Assembly: GCA_965207065.1 (NCBI GenBank)
Contig: OZ242260.1
Coordinates: forward strand, 140,601-204,600
Length of the DNA: 64,000 bases
Source of the DNA: a bacterium
GTDB taxonomy: Bacteria > UBA8248
Direction: 5' to 3'
A program made the position numbers and the translations under genes. Under the pieces are notes generated by a model that saw only the letters and a list, made by a program, of their open reading frames with translations, did not search any database and was not told the DNA's origin. This document shows positions 19,431 to 28,865 of the stretch, one piece after another; within the stretch, counting starts at the first letter, position 1; every line of letters begins with the position of its first letter.

Positions 19431-20612
19431 TTATCGATTAGTACAGTAGGGACTGCGAAGTCCCTGCCTCGCTTCCGCAAGCGGCCGGTCGAACTGTTTT
19501 ACCACGGAAGCGAGGCAGCCACTATTTGCTAAGTCCCGTTGTGCTGTCTGGAACATCTGGACATAAACTCTGAGTTTGGTGCACTGGTCACTACTTTTTC
19601 GGGTTAAGGTTGCCAGCGTTCGTGCAATCCTCTGTCTGACTCTTCGCTGGGCCAGCTCACAAGATTGGCTGATCCTTCGAGTCCTTCCGCTTCTATCGAT
19701 TACCCCACCCTGGTTCATTCCACCGCCCGGGGAACCCGGATTCATATTCTCCTCTTTGCGCATTTCTCGTTCTTCATCCCGGATCATTTGTTCCAATTCA
19801 TCCCATTTTGTTTTATCCGGCAAGTCTACTCTATCCTGCTCATCCGGCAAGTCTACTCTATCCTGCTCATCTGGCAGTTCTGCTCTATCCTGCTCATCTG
19901 GCAGTTCTGCTCTATCCTGCTCATCTGGCAGTTCTACTCTATCTTGCTCATCTGGCAGTTCTACTCTATCTTGCTCATCTGGCAGTTCTGCTCTATCCTG
20001 CTCATCTGGCAGTTCTACTCTATCTTGCTCATCTTCCTGGTTTTCCTTTATTGCTTCATCTATTTCATAGAATTCGCATGTTACTTTACCGACTGAAATG
20101 GAGGGATTCTCCCCGAGTGGATTCCACCTCTCAACACCTTCCTTGATAGCTGCGTGCTGCGAATCAATCTCTTTCATGCCAGATTCTTTATTTTGTTTAT
20201 ACTTCTGGTAGAGCAGATCTCCATGTAGTTGATTAAATGGGTATGTTTTATAAAAAGTTGTCCCGGAGCCGGCAAAAAGGCTTTCTGCAAAGCCTTCCAG
20301 CTTGGTGATCCCGAATTTTTCCAAACCATTCAATTCTAAAGTAAGTTTTACGCAATTTTTTGAACCTAAAAAGCCGTAATTTGAATGAAATGCATATTTG
20401 TATTCACCCCTATTCGTTCGCCCTACATATCTCACATCAAATGACACATTAAATCCACATGGCTTACGCTTCCACTTCACTCTGGTGTCGTAACACATAA
20501 AATCATCCCAATCTGGTCGGCTCAAATCAGCATCGGCATTAGACGACGGCATCATTGAGCAGGTCATCACAAAAAAAACAACAATCAGTTTCAACTTGGT
20601 TTTGGCATTCAT
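19431..20612 (-). CDS. Secreted hypothetical protein with acidic nonapeptide repeats
   Basis: Signal peptide; 8 x EQDR(V/A)(E/D)LPD; Cys-containing helical C-terminus. Confidence 0.75.
   Translation of the reverse strand: MNAKTKLKLIVVFFVMTCSMMPSSNADADLSRPDWDDFMCYDTRVKWKRKPCGFNVSFDVRYVGRTNRGEYKYAFHSNYGFLGSKNCVKLTLELNGLEKFGITKLEGFAESLFAGSGTTFYKTYPFNQLHGDLLYQKYKQNKESGMKEIDSQHAAIKEGVERWNPLGENPSISVGKVTCEFYEIDEAIKENQEDEQDRVELPDEQDRAELPDEQDRVELPDEQDRVELPDEQDRAELPDEQDRAELPDEQDRVDLPDEQDRVDLPDKTKWDELEQMIRDEEREMRKEENMNPGSPGGGMNQGGVIDRSGRTRRISQSCELAQRRVRQRIARTLATLTRKSSDQCTKLRVYVQMFQTAQRDLANSGCLASVVKQFDRPLAEARQGLRSPYCTNR
19815..20030 (-). repeat. Coding tandem repeat, 8 x 27 bp
   Basis: Contiguous units of about ATCTGGCAGTTCTACTCTATCCTGCTC with no spacers. 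Confidence 0.95.
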
Positions 20613-20642
20613 GGTCTTACTCCCCGAGTTGTGTGTGACAGT

Positions 20643-20954
20643 TTAATTTTCGCCATAAAGGCCAAGGTACTTTGTTGTGAAATTCGTGTTCTCCAGTCTC
20701 GTCACCTTAAAGCCATGACGCCCCAATGCCGCTCCGATATCATTCGCATCGTTCAGCGGGTTCACCAGCTTTGTCGCAGACCGCTAAGATGTGTTGCCGA
20801 TCACCAGCGCAATCCTCTATTCTGTCAGTTCTGCTCGGTGAAAATCTAAACCAGCAATCCCTCCAGTAACCCAGACAACAAAATGTAGAGCGGCATTGCC
20901 AAGCTCTCCCGCATGATTTGCAGTCCAATCTCGCAAGGATAGTGAAATTCTCAT
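20643..20954 (-). pseudogene. Truncated caspase (peptidase C14) N-terminus with two in-frame stops
   Basis: Manual translation: ...AELTE*RIALVIGNTS*RSATKLVNPLNDANDIGAALGRHGFKVTRLEN. Confidence 0.8.
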
Positions 20955-20996
20955 GACCCAAGACATCGCCGAAAGAAATTCGAGTTTTCGGCGACT

Positions 20997-21938
20997 CTAA
21001 TTCTCCAAAATACTTAGAACCTCTCTTTTGAGGGAAATTGAATCCATTTTCATATGGACAGCTCTCTTGCGAATCATCGCCAAGAGCTTTGGCCAGTCGC
21101 GCACCCAGCAACATTGATGATCGAATTCGGGGACAGAGAAAAAATGGACATTTGCCCGGGAAACTCGTTGGCGATACCGCTTCATGACCGCGGGAGGCAC
21201 AACCAAGTCCCGTCCGCCATGAAAGTGAAATTCACGCGACAACCCGAGAGCGGGCACATGCTCGGATGGATTGAGAGAATCTTTGAGAGGCGATACCTGG
21301 TGATGATTTGCCCAGGCGGAGATATCCAGAGGCGCGGCGACCGTAACCAATTCATCCACATCCATTCGGCGCGAAGCGACGAGCGTTGCAATAACGCCTC
21401 CGCCGGAATATCCGACGAGCGTGAGTCGATCTTCGGAAGACAACTTAGAATCCGTGATTGCGCGGTCCATCGCCTCAATGACTTCCGGCGAGTATCGCCC
21501 AGTAGTCCAGAGAGAAGAGTCACAACTGGTGATGAGCTTGCTGCCGACATATTGGCAGGGTCTCGCAAGATAAAGAACACCAGGGTCGGGAACGCGCAAA
21601 GCCAAGCGGAGAGCGACTGGATCATCGGGGGTAGGATCACTTGAAACCTGAGAGCGACTAAGCCACGCATTTCCGTCCCCCTCGATATAGACAACTATGC
21701 TCCCTGGGCTACGGCCCGGTTTATGGAAACCGATTATCGGAATTCCTTCGTGCGCAAACTGCTTATATTTCCAATCTGAACATGCCGGAAGCGGACATAT
21801 CCCCGATGCGCCCTCATATTCTGATGTTGCGCAACCCATCATCACACATGCTAAGACGATGAAGAACACTCGAAAGCAACGACACATACCCACATGACAG
21901 GCAACCGGATGTGAAAGCAGTGCTACCTTTCGATTCAT
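20997..21938 (-). CDS. Alpha/beta hydrolase lipoprotein
   Basis: Lipobox MMGC, VYIEGDG, ARPCQY, GYSGGG nucleophile elbow, DLVVP, FDHQCCW. Confidence 0.85.
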   Translation of the reverse strand: MNRKVALLSHPVACHVGMCRCFRVFFIVLACVMMGCATSEYEGASGICPLPACSDWKYKQFAHEGIPIIGFHKPGRSPGSIVVYIEGDGNAWLSRSQVSSDPTPDDPVALRLALRVPDPGVLYLARPCQYVGSKLITSCDSSLWTTGRYSPEVIEAMDRAITDSKLSSEDRLTLVGYSGGGVIATLVASRRMDVDELVTVAAPLDISAWANHHQVSPLKDSLNPSEHVPALGLSREFHFHGGRDLVVPPAVMKRYRQRVSRANVHFFSVPEFDHQCCWVRDWPKLLAMIRKRAVHMKMDSISLKREVLSILEN

Positions 21939-24418
21939 AACCCGGCGAGCGCGAAGTCCTCGCCGCGTGAATAGCCGACGGGTTTCTGGCTGATAGTTTC
22001 CCTGACAAGCCGACGGGAAAGAAGCGGCATTTCCCTCGTTGCATACCTGATAATCTCACCTACGGAAATTTTTTCATTTCGATCTTCATCCGCCGCGCCC
22101 TGGATACCTTCGAGTATCAGATAGGTCAGGGCGCCATGTGGCACGGAGAGCAGTTCGATTGCATCCTCATCCGCCCGCGAAGCCGCCAGTATATGAATGC
22201 CGCCCACACGCGCGATTCTGCGCAAAGTTTTTTGTCCGACGGCATCATCGAGCGCCCTTCCCGCTGAGGAGGATACGGCGTCAACGACTGCGCCGGACCG
22301 GCATGAATCAAGAATGAGAAACACGCGCTGCGCCTGAGTTTTCGTCAAGGAATGCATCAAGCGCCGACTGGAGATACCGTGCCGGCGTATCAACTCGGTT
22401 TTCCTCTCCGCTTTCGTGTTCCAGGCAAGCGTGTACGGGAGAAGATACCATTCCCAATTACCCTTGCTGCCCTCCTCTCTCAATGCGTAGCCGTGACCAG
22501 CAAAAAAGACCACCAGAACATCCTGGGGCGATTGGGATTTTCTCGAAAGGTGCTCTTCAATCGTGATTGCCTTCGCATGAGAATCCAACAGGGAAACCAC
22601 GCTCACGTCACTGTATAAGTCTCCACTCCGGTTACGCAGCACCGAGACGACAGCATTCGCGTCGTTACGAGTGTATTCCAGCTTCCAGTCAGGCCGAGCA
22701 TAGTCGCCGATACCAATGGCCACCACTTGCATCCTGGGCCGGCGTGGCTCAGGGGCCGCAAGCGTCACCCTCGTAAACGCCGGTTGGCCTTCGACCCCTG
22801 CAGGGCCAACCCCAATCACTTTGAAGGTGTTTTCCCCTGGAGTAAGCGAAACCGCATATTCAATGATATCGCCTATAGGATCGGAGACCATCTTCTCGGC
22901 AGGAACGAGCTTTCCATTGTGATACAGCCTGATTTCGAGCACATCCCGTCGGGGATAGTTCGAGGGTAGTCTGATTTTGATCCTTGAACGCCCATCAGCA
23001 TCGACCTGAAGACTATCAATCGGATCGATCGAAACGCTCGGAGGCGAAACATAGCCTTCTTCGGATAGATCGCGAATGTCTTCATTCAGGAAAGGTTGCG
23101 GTCCGCTACCAAGTTTCCCCAACAGTCCAGGCTCGAAATAGCTCTCGGAGAAAGCGTCGACCGGAAGTGTTTGCGCTACTGTCTCGCCAGCCCATGCCAG
23201 CGCATCGATACCGTTCTGAGGTCCATCGAATCGGCCTTTGCGGTCAAGAACTGTCCATCCGACATCTGTGGAAATCAAACGCGCGATGCGCGCCTGCTCA
23301 TCGAACGAATAGATCCCAACCGTTCCCTTCGATTCTCCGACGAAAATCCATCTTCGAGCGCCGTCCACTAAAAGCGCGCTTGCGGACTCTGTAGCCAGTT
23401 TCAGCGAAGTGACCTGGCTGATTCCAGCCGATATGGCCCAGATACTAACCTTGGCATCCTCTCCACTCGCTGAGACATGCATACCACCCCGGTCAACCAC
23501 GAGGAGTCGAATGGCGCCGGGATGGGCAGTTTCTCGCACAGAAATCAGCTCCGGGACTTCTTGGTCCGGGATGCGCCAAACACAGATGTTGCCTTTTTCA
23601 TCCCCGAATATCACTCGCTCGTCATCAGGCGCAAAAACTCCCGCAGTTACTGCAATAGAGTCCTCACAACCATCGATTCTCGTCGTTTTTTGCGACCCTC
23701 CGCTCTGTGCGACTCTCACAACCATCGTTCCCTGAACCGTGTTGAATACGATCTTCGAACCGTCTGAGGAGATAATTGGTCGACTATCAGGGTCGGCATC
23801 GGAAAACTGTTCGACTTCATCAGAACCATTGCGTTTCACAAACCAGAAGCCGTCAACCTCACTACGATATGCCACGACATTTCCATTCCCTGACAAGACT
23901 GGTTTGAATTCAGAATCGATTCCTTCAATATCCTCACCAATCTGCTGAACCGAGCCGTCTGGACGAATGGAGAATAACGAACCGTCCCTGCGGACGACTA
24001 TGGCTTCCAGGGAGTCCCCCTCTCCGCGAATGGCGCCTGAGGCAATCTCGTTTCCCAGGACTCCTCCCAATTGCACTCCGCGCCGGAGGTCCCACAACCT
24101 TGCGCTTTCATCTCCAAGTACGGTGAACAGATATGCCCGTGCCTTATCCGCATGTAGCTCAGTTACCGGGCCGGCTACGTCGCGGGTAATGTTGAGAATG
24201 GGGCGAATAACGGTGCGAACTGATCTGATGACCGGCTTGGTGAGATTTCGAATGGAACGACGCAATCTACCCAATCCCTGGGCGTCCGCAACCGACGGAA
24301 TGCATGCCATTACAATCCAAAGAAAAAATAACCCACACAGTGTGAGGCAAAAGAAACAACGTCCATCAACCGTTCTTTGGCGTTTCATATCATTGGGCGT
24401 CAGAAGGTTGGTTGCCAT
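21935..24418 (-). CDS. Exported WD40/beta-propeller + caspase (C14) domain protein
   Basis: Signal-like N-terminus, repeats ending LWD/VWR/IWA, GRFDG, AIGIGDY, FAGHG (His) and LDSCRSG (Cys). Confidence 0.88.
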   Translation of the reverse strand: MATNLLTPNDMKRQRTVDGRCFFCLTLCGLFFLWIVMACIPSVADAQGLGRLRRSIRNLTKPVIRSVRTVIRPILNITRDVAGPVTELHADKARAYLFTVLGDESARLWDLRRGVQLGGVLGNEIASGAIRGEGDSLEAIVVRRDGSLFSIRPDGSVQQIGEDIEGIDSEFKPVLSGNGNVVAYRSEVDGFWFVKRNGSDEVEQFSDADPDSRPIISSDGSKIVFNTVQGTMVVRVAQSGGSQKTTRIDGCEDSIAVTAGVFAPDDERVIFGDEKGNICVWRIPDQEVPELISVRETAHPGAIRLLVVDRGGMHVSASGEDAKVSIWAISAGISQVTSLKLATESASALLVDGARRWIFVGESKGTVGIYSFDEQARIARLISTDVGWTVLDRKGRFDGPQNGIDALAWAGETVAQTLPVDAFSESYFEPGLLGKLGSGPQPFLNEDIRDLSEEGYVSPPSVSIDPIDSLQVDADGRSRIKIRLPSNYPRRDVLEIRLYHNGKLVPAEKMVSDPIGDIIEYAVSLTPGENTFKVIGVGPAGVEGQPAFTRVTLAAPEPRRPRMQVVAIGIGDYARPDWKLEYTRNDANAVVSVLRNRSGDLYSDVSVVSLLDSHAKAITIEEHLSRKSQSPQDVLVVFFAGHGYALREEGSKGNWEWYLLPYTLAWNTKAERKTELIRRHGISSRRLMHSLTKTQAQRVFLILDSCRSGAVVDAVSSSAGRALDDAVGQKTLRRIARVGGIHILAASRADEDAIELLSVPHGALTYLILEGIQGAADEDRNEKISVGEIIRYATREMPLLSRRLVRETISQKPVGYSRGEDFALAGL

Positions 24419-24707
24419 ACGAAGCAGGAGAAACGCCTTTTTTCCGAGAATCCTGCTCAGACGTTTCTTTGACAGTCTCAGCTTTGTCGCTGTTGGTTTT
24501 CAAAGTGGGTCGTGTGACGGTACGAACGGATCTGATGACCGGTTGCGTGAGATTCCGAATTGAATCTCTCAATTCACCGGACCCCTCGGCATACGCAACC
24601 ATCGGGATACTCAGCATTACAACCCAGAAAAAGCAATATCCAACGATTACGGAGGAGGAGTGACATTCAACAGCTGTTGTTGTTAATTTCATGTCATCTC
24701 GCATCAT
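24390..24707 (-). CDS. Small secreted protein paralogous to the N-terminus of the WD40-caspase
   Basis: Signal peptide ending AYA, then LRDSIRNLTQPVIRSVRTVTRP; fills the gap between two operon genes; start may be 24692. Confidence 0.6.
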   Translation of the reverse strand: MMRDDMKLTTTAVECHSSSVIVGYCFFWVVMLSIPMVAYAEGSGELRDSIRNLTQPVIRSVRTVTRPTLKTNSDKAETVKETSEQDSRKKGVSPASYGNQPSDAQ

Positions 24708-24720
24708 TTGATGACATATT

Positions 24721-26730
24721 TCAGCGCGAATCGGGCGAAACGATATTGTATTGCAGCGTCGCGATACTCCAACCTGAGCCACGAGCAGTATTGGGTACTG
24801 AAGAGCCGGATCGTAGGGCTTCTCCTATCTCGACGAGATAGGCCGCCGGAGACGGCACCACACTCAGGTCTTTATGCAGCGAAGCCAACTCCAAAACCCG
24901 ATCGTTCTTATCAGTCACAATAGCAACGAGCAGACCAGCACCAATTGGTGGGGTTGCCCGAAAACGAAAGCCGGCTTTCTCTCCTGGCAGGCGCACGGTT
25001 TCGCCCGGACGCATTGAGGATGAAACACCGCTGCGCAAACTTTGCTCATTGGGAAATATCTGAACCAACTCTCCCGCCACATTGATATCCAGCAATACGA
25101 GATGCCCCTTGCGGTCGCTTTCGACGATGATATCCAGATTGGTCCCTGGTGCGAGATTTACTCCCGGGTCGATTCGTAGTCGGACGCCTTTCTTCACGTT
25201 TGATGTCGGGCGAGCCGACGGACGAACAAGAATGTCTTTCGCGAGAGTAGCGTTTCGGGACAAACCCGCGTTTGCATTAGTAAACGCGGGGACCTCGAGC
25301 CGACCCGACGCCACCTGAACTTGTGGCGTCAAACCGAGGCGGCAATCATCGGAATGCCTTTTGCAGTACGCCTCGGATTCTTTGAGCACATACCGGTGGA
25401 GCTCGTCCATCGTCACGATGCCGTCGCGGTTTTGATCCGCCTTTCCATCACGCGCTCCCCAGAGCAGGCGTCTCGTATACACGCTTCCGCCACCCGAACG
25501 GCTCGAGGCTTCTCTGTCCACCAGCGCTTTCTGATCCGATCGGACGGCCGTCCAGATGGCGAAATCGGGATCGCTCGACTTCAATAGGGGTTCCTGCCGC
25601 GATTCTCCCTTGCCACCAACGCCGCGCGTTCGCGCGATTCGAATCGGCGAACCATCCGGCAGGCGAGGCGTCTTTATGTATTTCCAGCTCTCCAGGTCTC
25701 CCGCGCTTCTGGTGCTCGTGCCCGAATGGCAGGCATCGACCACGACATGAACCCGACGGCCAACTAAACGACCTAACAGAACACCGAGTTCGTCATCCGT
25801 AATCATGCCTTTTATCTTGCCGCTCTCATCCACGGATGCATCGACAGGGACTAATGTTTCATCCAGGTTGTCTGCTTCGTCTCCGTCCGTGTCGGGTTGT
25901 TGAAAACCATGGCCACTGTAGAAGAGGAATACCTCATCACCGGGATTTGTCCCATCGACCAGCCACTCCTTGACCGAGGACATAATGTTTTTCTTGGTCG
26001 CCTCTCTATCCAGCAAGAGCCGGACGTCCGATTTCTTGAATCCCACATGCCCTTTGATGAAGTCCTCTATATCCTTGGCGTCGTTCACCGGCCCGTTCAA
26101 GCGAGACACGTGCTGATATTTGTCGATTCCGATGAGAAGCGCCCGCCTGCGATTGCGCTCGACATTTTCGGCGGGCGCACTGCCTCCTAACTTCGTTATT
26201 TCGACGCGCCTGTTCCGCGCATGCGTCGTCGGAATCCCGTCGATTGGAAAACTCTCTCCCAATCCGACCTCAACCAGACGGTTTCCGACCACGCCCATTT
26301 CGTTCTTGAGGTAGCGCGTCACTGCGCGGGCGCGCCTTGAGGACAAACCTCGATTGTACTTGCTGCTTCCGGTGCTGTCGGTGTGGCCCAGTACTGCAAA
26401 CATTAACGGGCTGAGCGCATCTGTTTTGAGGGCTTTACCCAGTTCTTTCACCTGCGCCAGGGCGGTGCGCGTGAACCGAGCCGAATCGATTTCGAATTGA
26501 ATGGCCGGAAGAACAACTCTCGCCGGTCTCGCATCGGTGGGTTCCGAAACGATTCCCCTTGTCCGAGGCTTGGGCTTCATCTGGCGGACGATGTCGTCCG
26601 ACTTGACGATCTCTCCCCCGCTTGCCGGCGGTATCGACATAACCAAGAAACTCAGACAAGCGGTGGCCACGATACCAAGGCGGGTCGGTGATATGGGAAA
26701 CAACGAATGGAAACGCGCTGAGAGCCTCAT
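24721..26730 (-). CDS. Exported OmpA-like + caspase (C14) + DUF4384-like protein
   Basis: IQFEIDSA, GHTDSTG, LSSRRA, NRRVEI (OmpA C-domain); ALLIGIDKY, YSGHG, DACHSG (caspase); LLDINVAGELVQIFPN (DUF4384-like). Confidence 0.9.
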   Translation of the reverse strand: MRLSARFHSLFPISPTRLGIVATACLSFLVMSIPPASGGEIVKSDDIVRQMKPKPRTRGIVSEPTDARPARVVLPAIQFEIDSARFTRTALAQVKELGKALKTDALSPLMFAVLGHTDSTGSSKYNRGLSSRRARAVTRYLKNEMGVVGNRLVEVGLGESFPIDGIPTTHARNRRVEITKLGGSAPAENVERNRRRALLIGIDKYQHVSRLNGPVNDAKDIEDFIKGHVGFKKSDVRLLLDREATKKNIMSSVKEWLVDGTNPGDEVFLFYSGHGFQQPDTDGDEADNLDETLVPVDASVDESGKIKGMITDDELGVLLGRLVGRRVHVVVDACHSGTSTRSAGDLESWKYIKTPRLPDGSPIRIARTRGVGGKGESRQEPLLKSSDPDFAIWTAVRSDQKALVDREASSRSGGGSVYTRRLLWGARDGKADQNRDGIVTMDELHRYVLKESEAYCKRHSDDCRLGLTPQVQVASGRLEVPAFTNANAGLSRNATLAKDILVRPSARPTSNVKKGVRLRIDPGVNLAPGTNLDIIVESDRKGHLVLLDINVAGELVQIFPNEQSLRSGVSSSMRPGETVRLPGEKAGFRFRATPPIGAGLLVAIVTDKNDRVLELASLHKDLSVVPSPAAYLVEIGEALRSGSSVPNTARGSGWSIATLQYNIVSPDSR

Positions 26731-26760
26731 GATGTGTCCCTCCAGGCGTTGATTTAAAGT

Positions 26761-27393
26761 CTAGTCGATAAGAATCACCTGCTGAGCCCTGGCCCATACA
26801 CGATGCTTTTTGCGCAAGGTGATCGATAAATCCTTCGCCACCGATTGCGCCGAACCGTTCAATGCCAGAAACGGACCCGCGCTGTTTTTCTTATTGACCA
26901 TAGCCGGGGTCAAAGGGGCATTCGTCTTCGACGCAATGACAGTGAGCAATTCCGCGCCCTTGGGACGCGAAGCCGTAAGCATATACTTGGAACCCTTCCC
27001 GGGAATACGAAGCCCCGCACTGGCTTTCACGAAATTATTTTTCGCGTAACGGTTGGGAAAAATCTGATGCACCTTGCCGCTGGTTCCCGTGTCGAAAACC
27101 CAGATATAAGCGTCCTCGGAGGGCTTGACCGTGAGCACCACGTTGTCACCATGCTTGTACTTGCGGTTAGCACGGTCCACGCTGGCATTGACGGATAAAC
27201 CCGAAGCAGCGCTCGCTCCGCTAGGCTTCGCCGGCTGGATTTTCGCCATAGGCATCTGACGAATATCCAAATCCTTCAAGTACGACTCCGCCAAGGCATC
27301 GCCCAAGCCCACGCCCCCAGCATGGAACGCTACGGCAACCACCATAGCTACAACACTGACTCCAATGAAACGAAATCGAGAAGTTATTTTCAT
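26761..27393 (-). CDS. Secreted DUF4384-like protein
   Basis: Signal peptide; YKHGDNV...DAYIWVFD...GKVHQIFPN...PKGAELLTVIAS. Confidence 0.8.
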   Translation of the reverse strand: MKITSRFRFIGVSVVAMVVAVAFHAGGVGLGDALAESYLKDLDIRQMPMAKIQPAKPSGASAASGLSVNASVDRANRKYKHGDNVVLTVKPSEDAYIWVFDTGTSGKVHQIFPNRYAKNNFVKASAGLRIPGKGSKYMLTASRPKGAELLTVIASKTNAPLTPAMVNKKNSAGPFLALNGSAQSVAKDLSITLRKKHRVWARAQQVILID

Positions 27394-27499
27394 TGTCCCA
27401 ATCTCCTTCTTCGTTTGGGTTGAAAGGTATCGTCCCCCGAATCATTAGCCCCTAGACAATTCGTTCATTAGCAAATTCGCCCGTCCGAGGTACATTCGC

Positions 27500-28801
27500 T
27501 CAATTGCCGACAATCGAGATAAACAGCGTCCTCATGCTCAGATCGCTCGGGTTGATGCGATCGCGGAACTGTTTCACTCTCTCGTAAAATTGCTCCGGGG
27601 TGAGGTAGAGGCTCGCGACTCCACCTCCTGCGCTGCTCAGAATATCCGCACCGGCCAGAAACTCCAGTTTTTCCCGGGTAGCGATGAGATAGAAAGCTTC
27701 TCTGCCCGCCGGTGGCTTCACGGTTACCCTCATACCGCTATCCTTCAGCGGAAAATCGACGATCTCGGCCGCCTTCATCGGCATGTTGTCCATCAAACGT
27801 GTCACCTGACACGACGTGCTCACATGGAAAACGCTCATAAAGGTGGGAGCACCCACCCGCATTTGAAAAGTGAGCGGTTCGCCGAAATTGAACTTATTGT
27901 TCGGCACCGCCCACGCCTCGGCAATAAATTTGCTTATTGCTCTAAGCGGTCGCAGGTTACATTCGGTGTGCTTGGCTTTTTTCGGGGCGCTCGTCATTTT
28001 GGATATGAAGAGTGTTCTCATGCTCAGATCATCCGGATTCATTCGGTCGCGGAACTGTTTCACTCTCTGGAAGAATTGCTGGGGGTTGAGGTCGAGGCGC
28101 GCGATTCCACCCGCCCCGGTACTCAGGATATCCGCACTGGCCAGAAACTCCAGTTTTTCCCGGGTTGCGATGAGATAGAACGCCTCCCTGCCCGCGGGTG
28201 GTTTGGCGATCATTCGCATTCCGCTGTCCCGCAGCGGAAAATTGACTATCTCGGCCGCCTTCATCGACATGTTGTCCAACAAGCGCGTTACCTTACACGA
28301 CGCGCTCACATGGAAGACGCTCACGTAGGTAGGAGAACTCACTCGCATCTGGAATGTGAGCGGTTCGCCGAAGTTAAACTTGCGATTCGGCACTGCCCAT
28401 GCCTCGGCAAGAAATGTCCTGCCCGCTTTGAGTTTCTTCAGTCCGCATCGGGTGCGCACAACCTTCTTTCGCTTTCCCATCTGCGCCTTCTTCCGCATCT
28501 GCTGCTTCGTTCCCGCCTGAGAAATTTTTTGCTTCAGCATCTGATCTCGTTCCTTCGACATCTGTTGTCTTTCCTGCTGAAGACGCATCCTTTGTTCACT
28601 CTCAGCTTGTTCCCTCTGCATTCTCGCCTGCCTTTCGGCCCCTTCCTGAACCGTAGTCATGACATCTTGAGCTGCCCTTAAGTCCTCCGGGTCGCAACCC
28701 GTCGCAGTGCCTAACAACAAGACCAGGCAAAGTCCAAACAACCCCCGAATTCCAATAGATGCGCAATTGTTTTTGCTGCGCTTCATCGTCACGTTTTTCA
28801 T
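27500..28801 (-). CDS. Lipoprotein with coiled coil and two tandem DUF4384-like domains
   Basis: Lipobox ATGC; Gln-rich helix; internal duplication about 162 aa apart (FNFGEPLTF...PPAGREAFYLIAT). Confidence 0.75.
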   Translation of the reverse strand: MKNVTMKRSKNNCASIGIRGLFGLCLVLLLGTATGCDPEDLRAAQDVMTTVQEGAERQARMQREQAESEQRMRLQQERQQMSKERDQMLKQKISQAGTKQQMRKKAQMGKRKKVVRTRCGLKKLKAGRTFLAEAWAVPNRKFNFGEPLTFQMRVSSPTYVSVFHVSASCKVTRLLDNMSMKAAEIVNFPLRDSGMRMIAKPPAGREAFYLIATREKLEFLASADILSTGAGGIARLDLNPQQFFQRVKQFRDRMNPDDLSMRTLFISKMTSAPKKAKHTECNLRPLRAISKFIAEAWAVPNNKFNFGEPLTFQMRVGAPTFMSVFHVSTSCQVTRLMDNMPMKAAEIVDFPLKDSGMRVTVKPPAGREAFYLIATREKLEFLAGADILSSAGGGVASLYLTPEQFYERVKQFRDRINPSDLSMRTLFISIVGN

Positions 28802-28865
28802 GAGCAGGCTCCTTTGTTTTTCTCGATAGGCGCGGTCATGCCTCCTACTATCACCCCCGACCTTC

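Noticed and set aside
19815-20030. Possible CRISPR array
   Set aside because: 27-bp units are contiguous with no spacers, in frame within a CDS, and no cas genes are present
20643-20954. Amber recoding (pyrrolysine or alternative code) explaining the TAG codons
   Set aside because: Many intact genes here end in TAG and the fragment is also truncated, so decay is simpler
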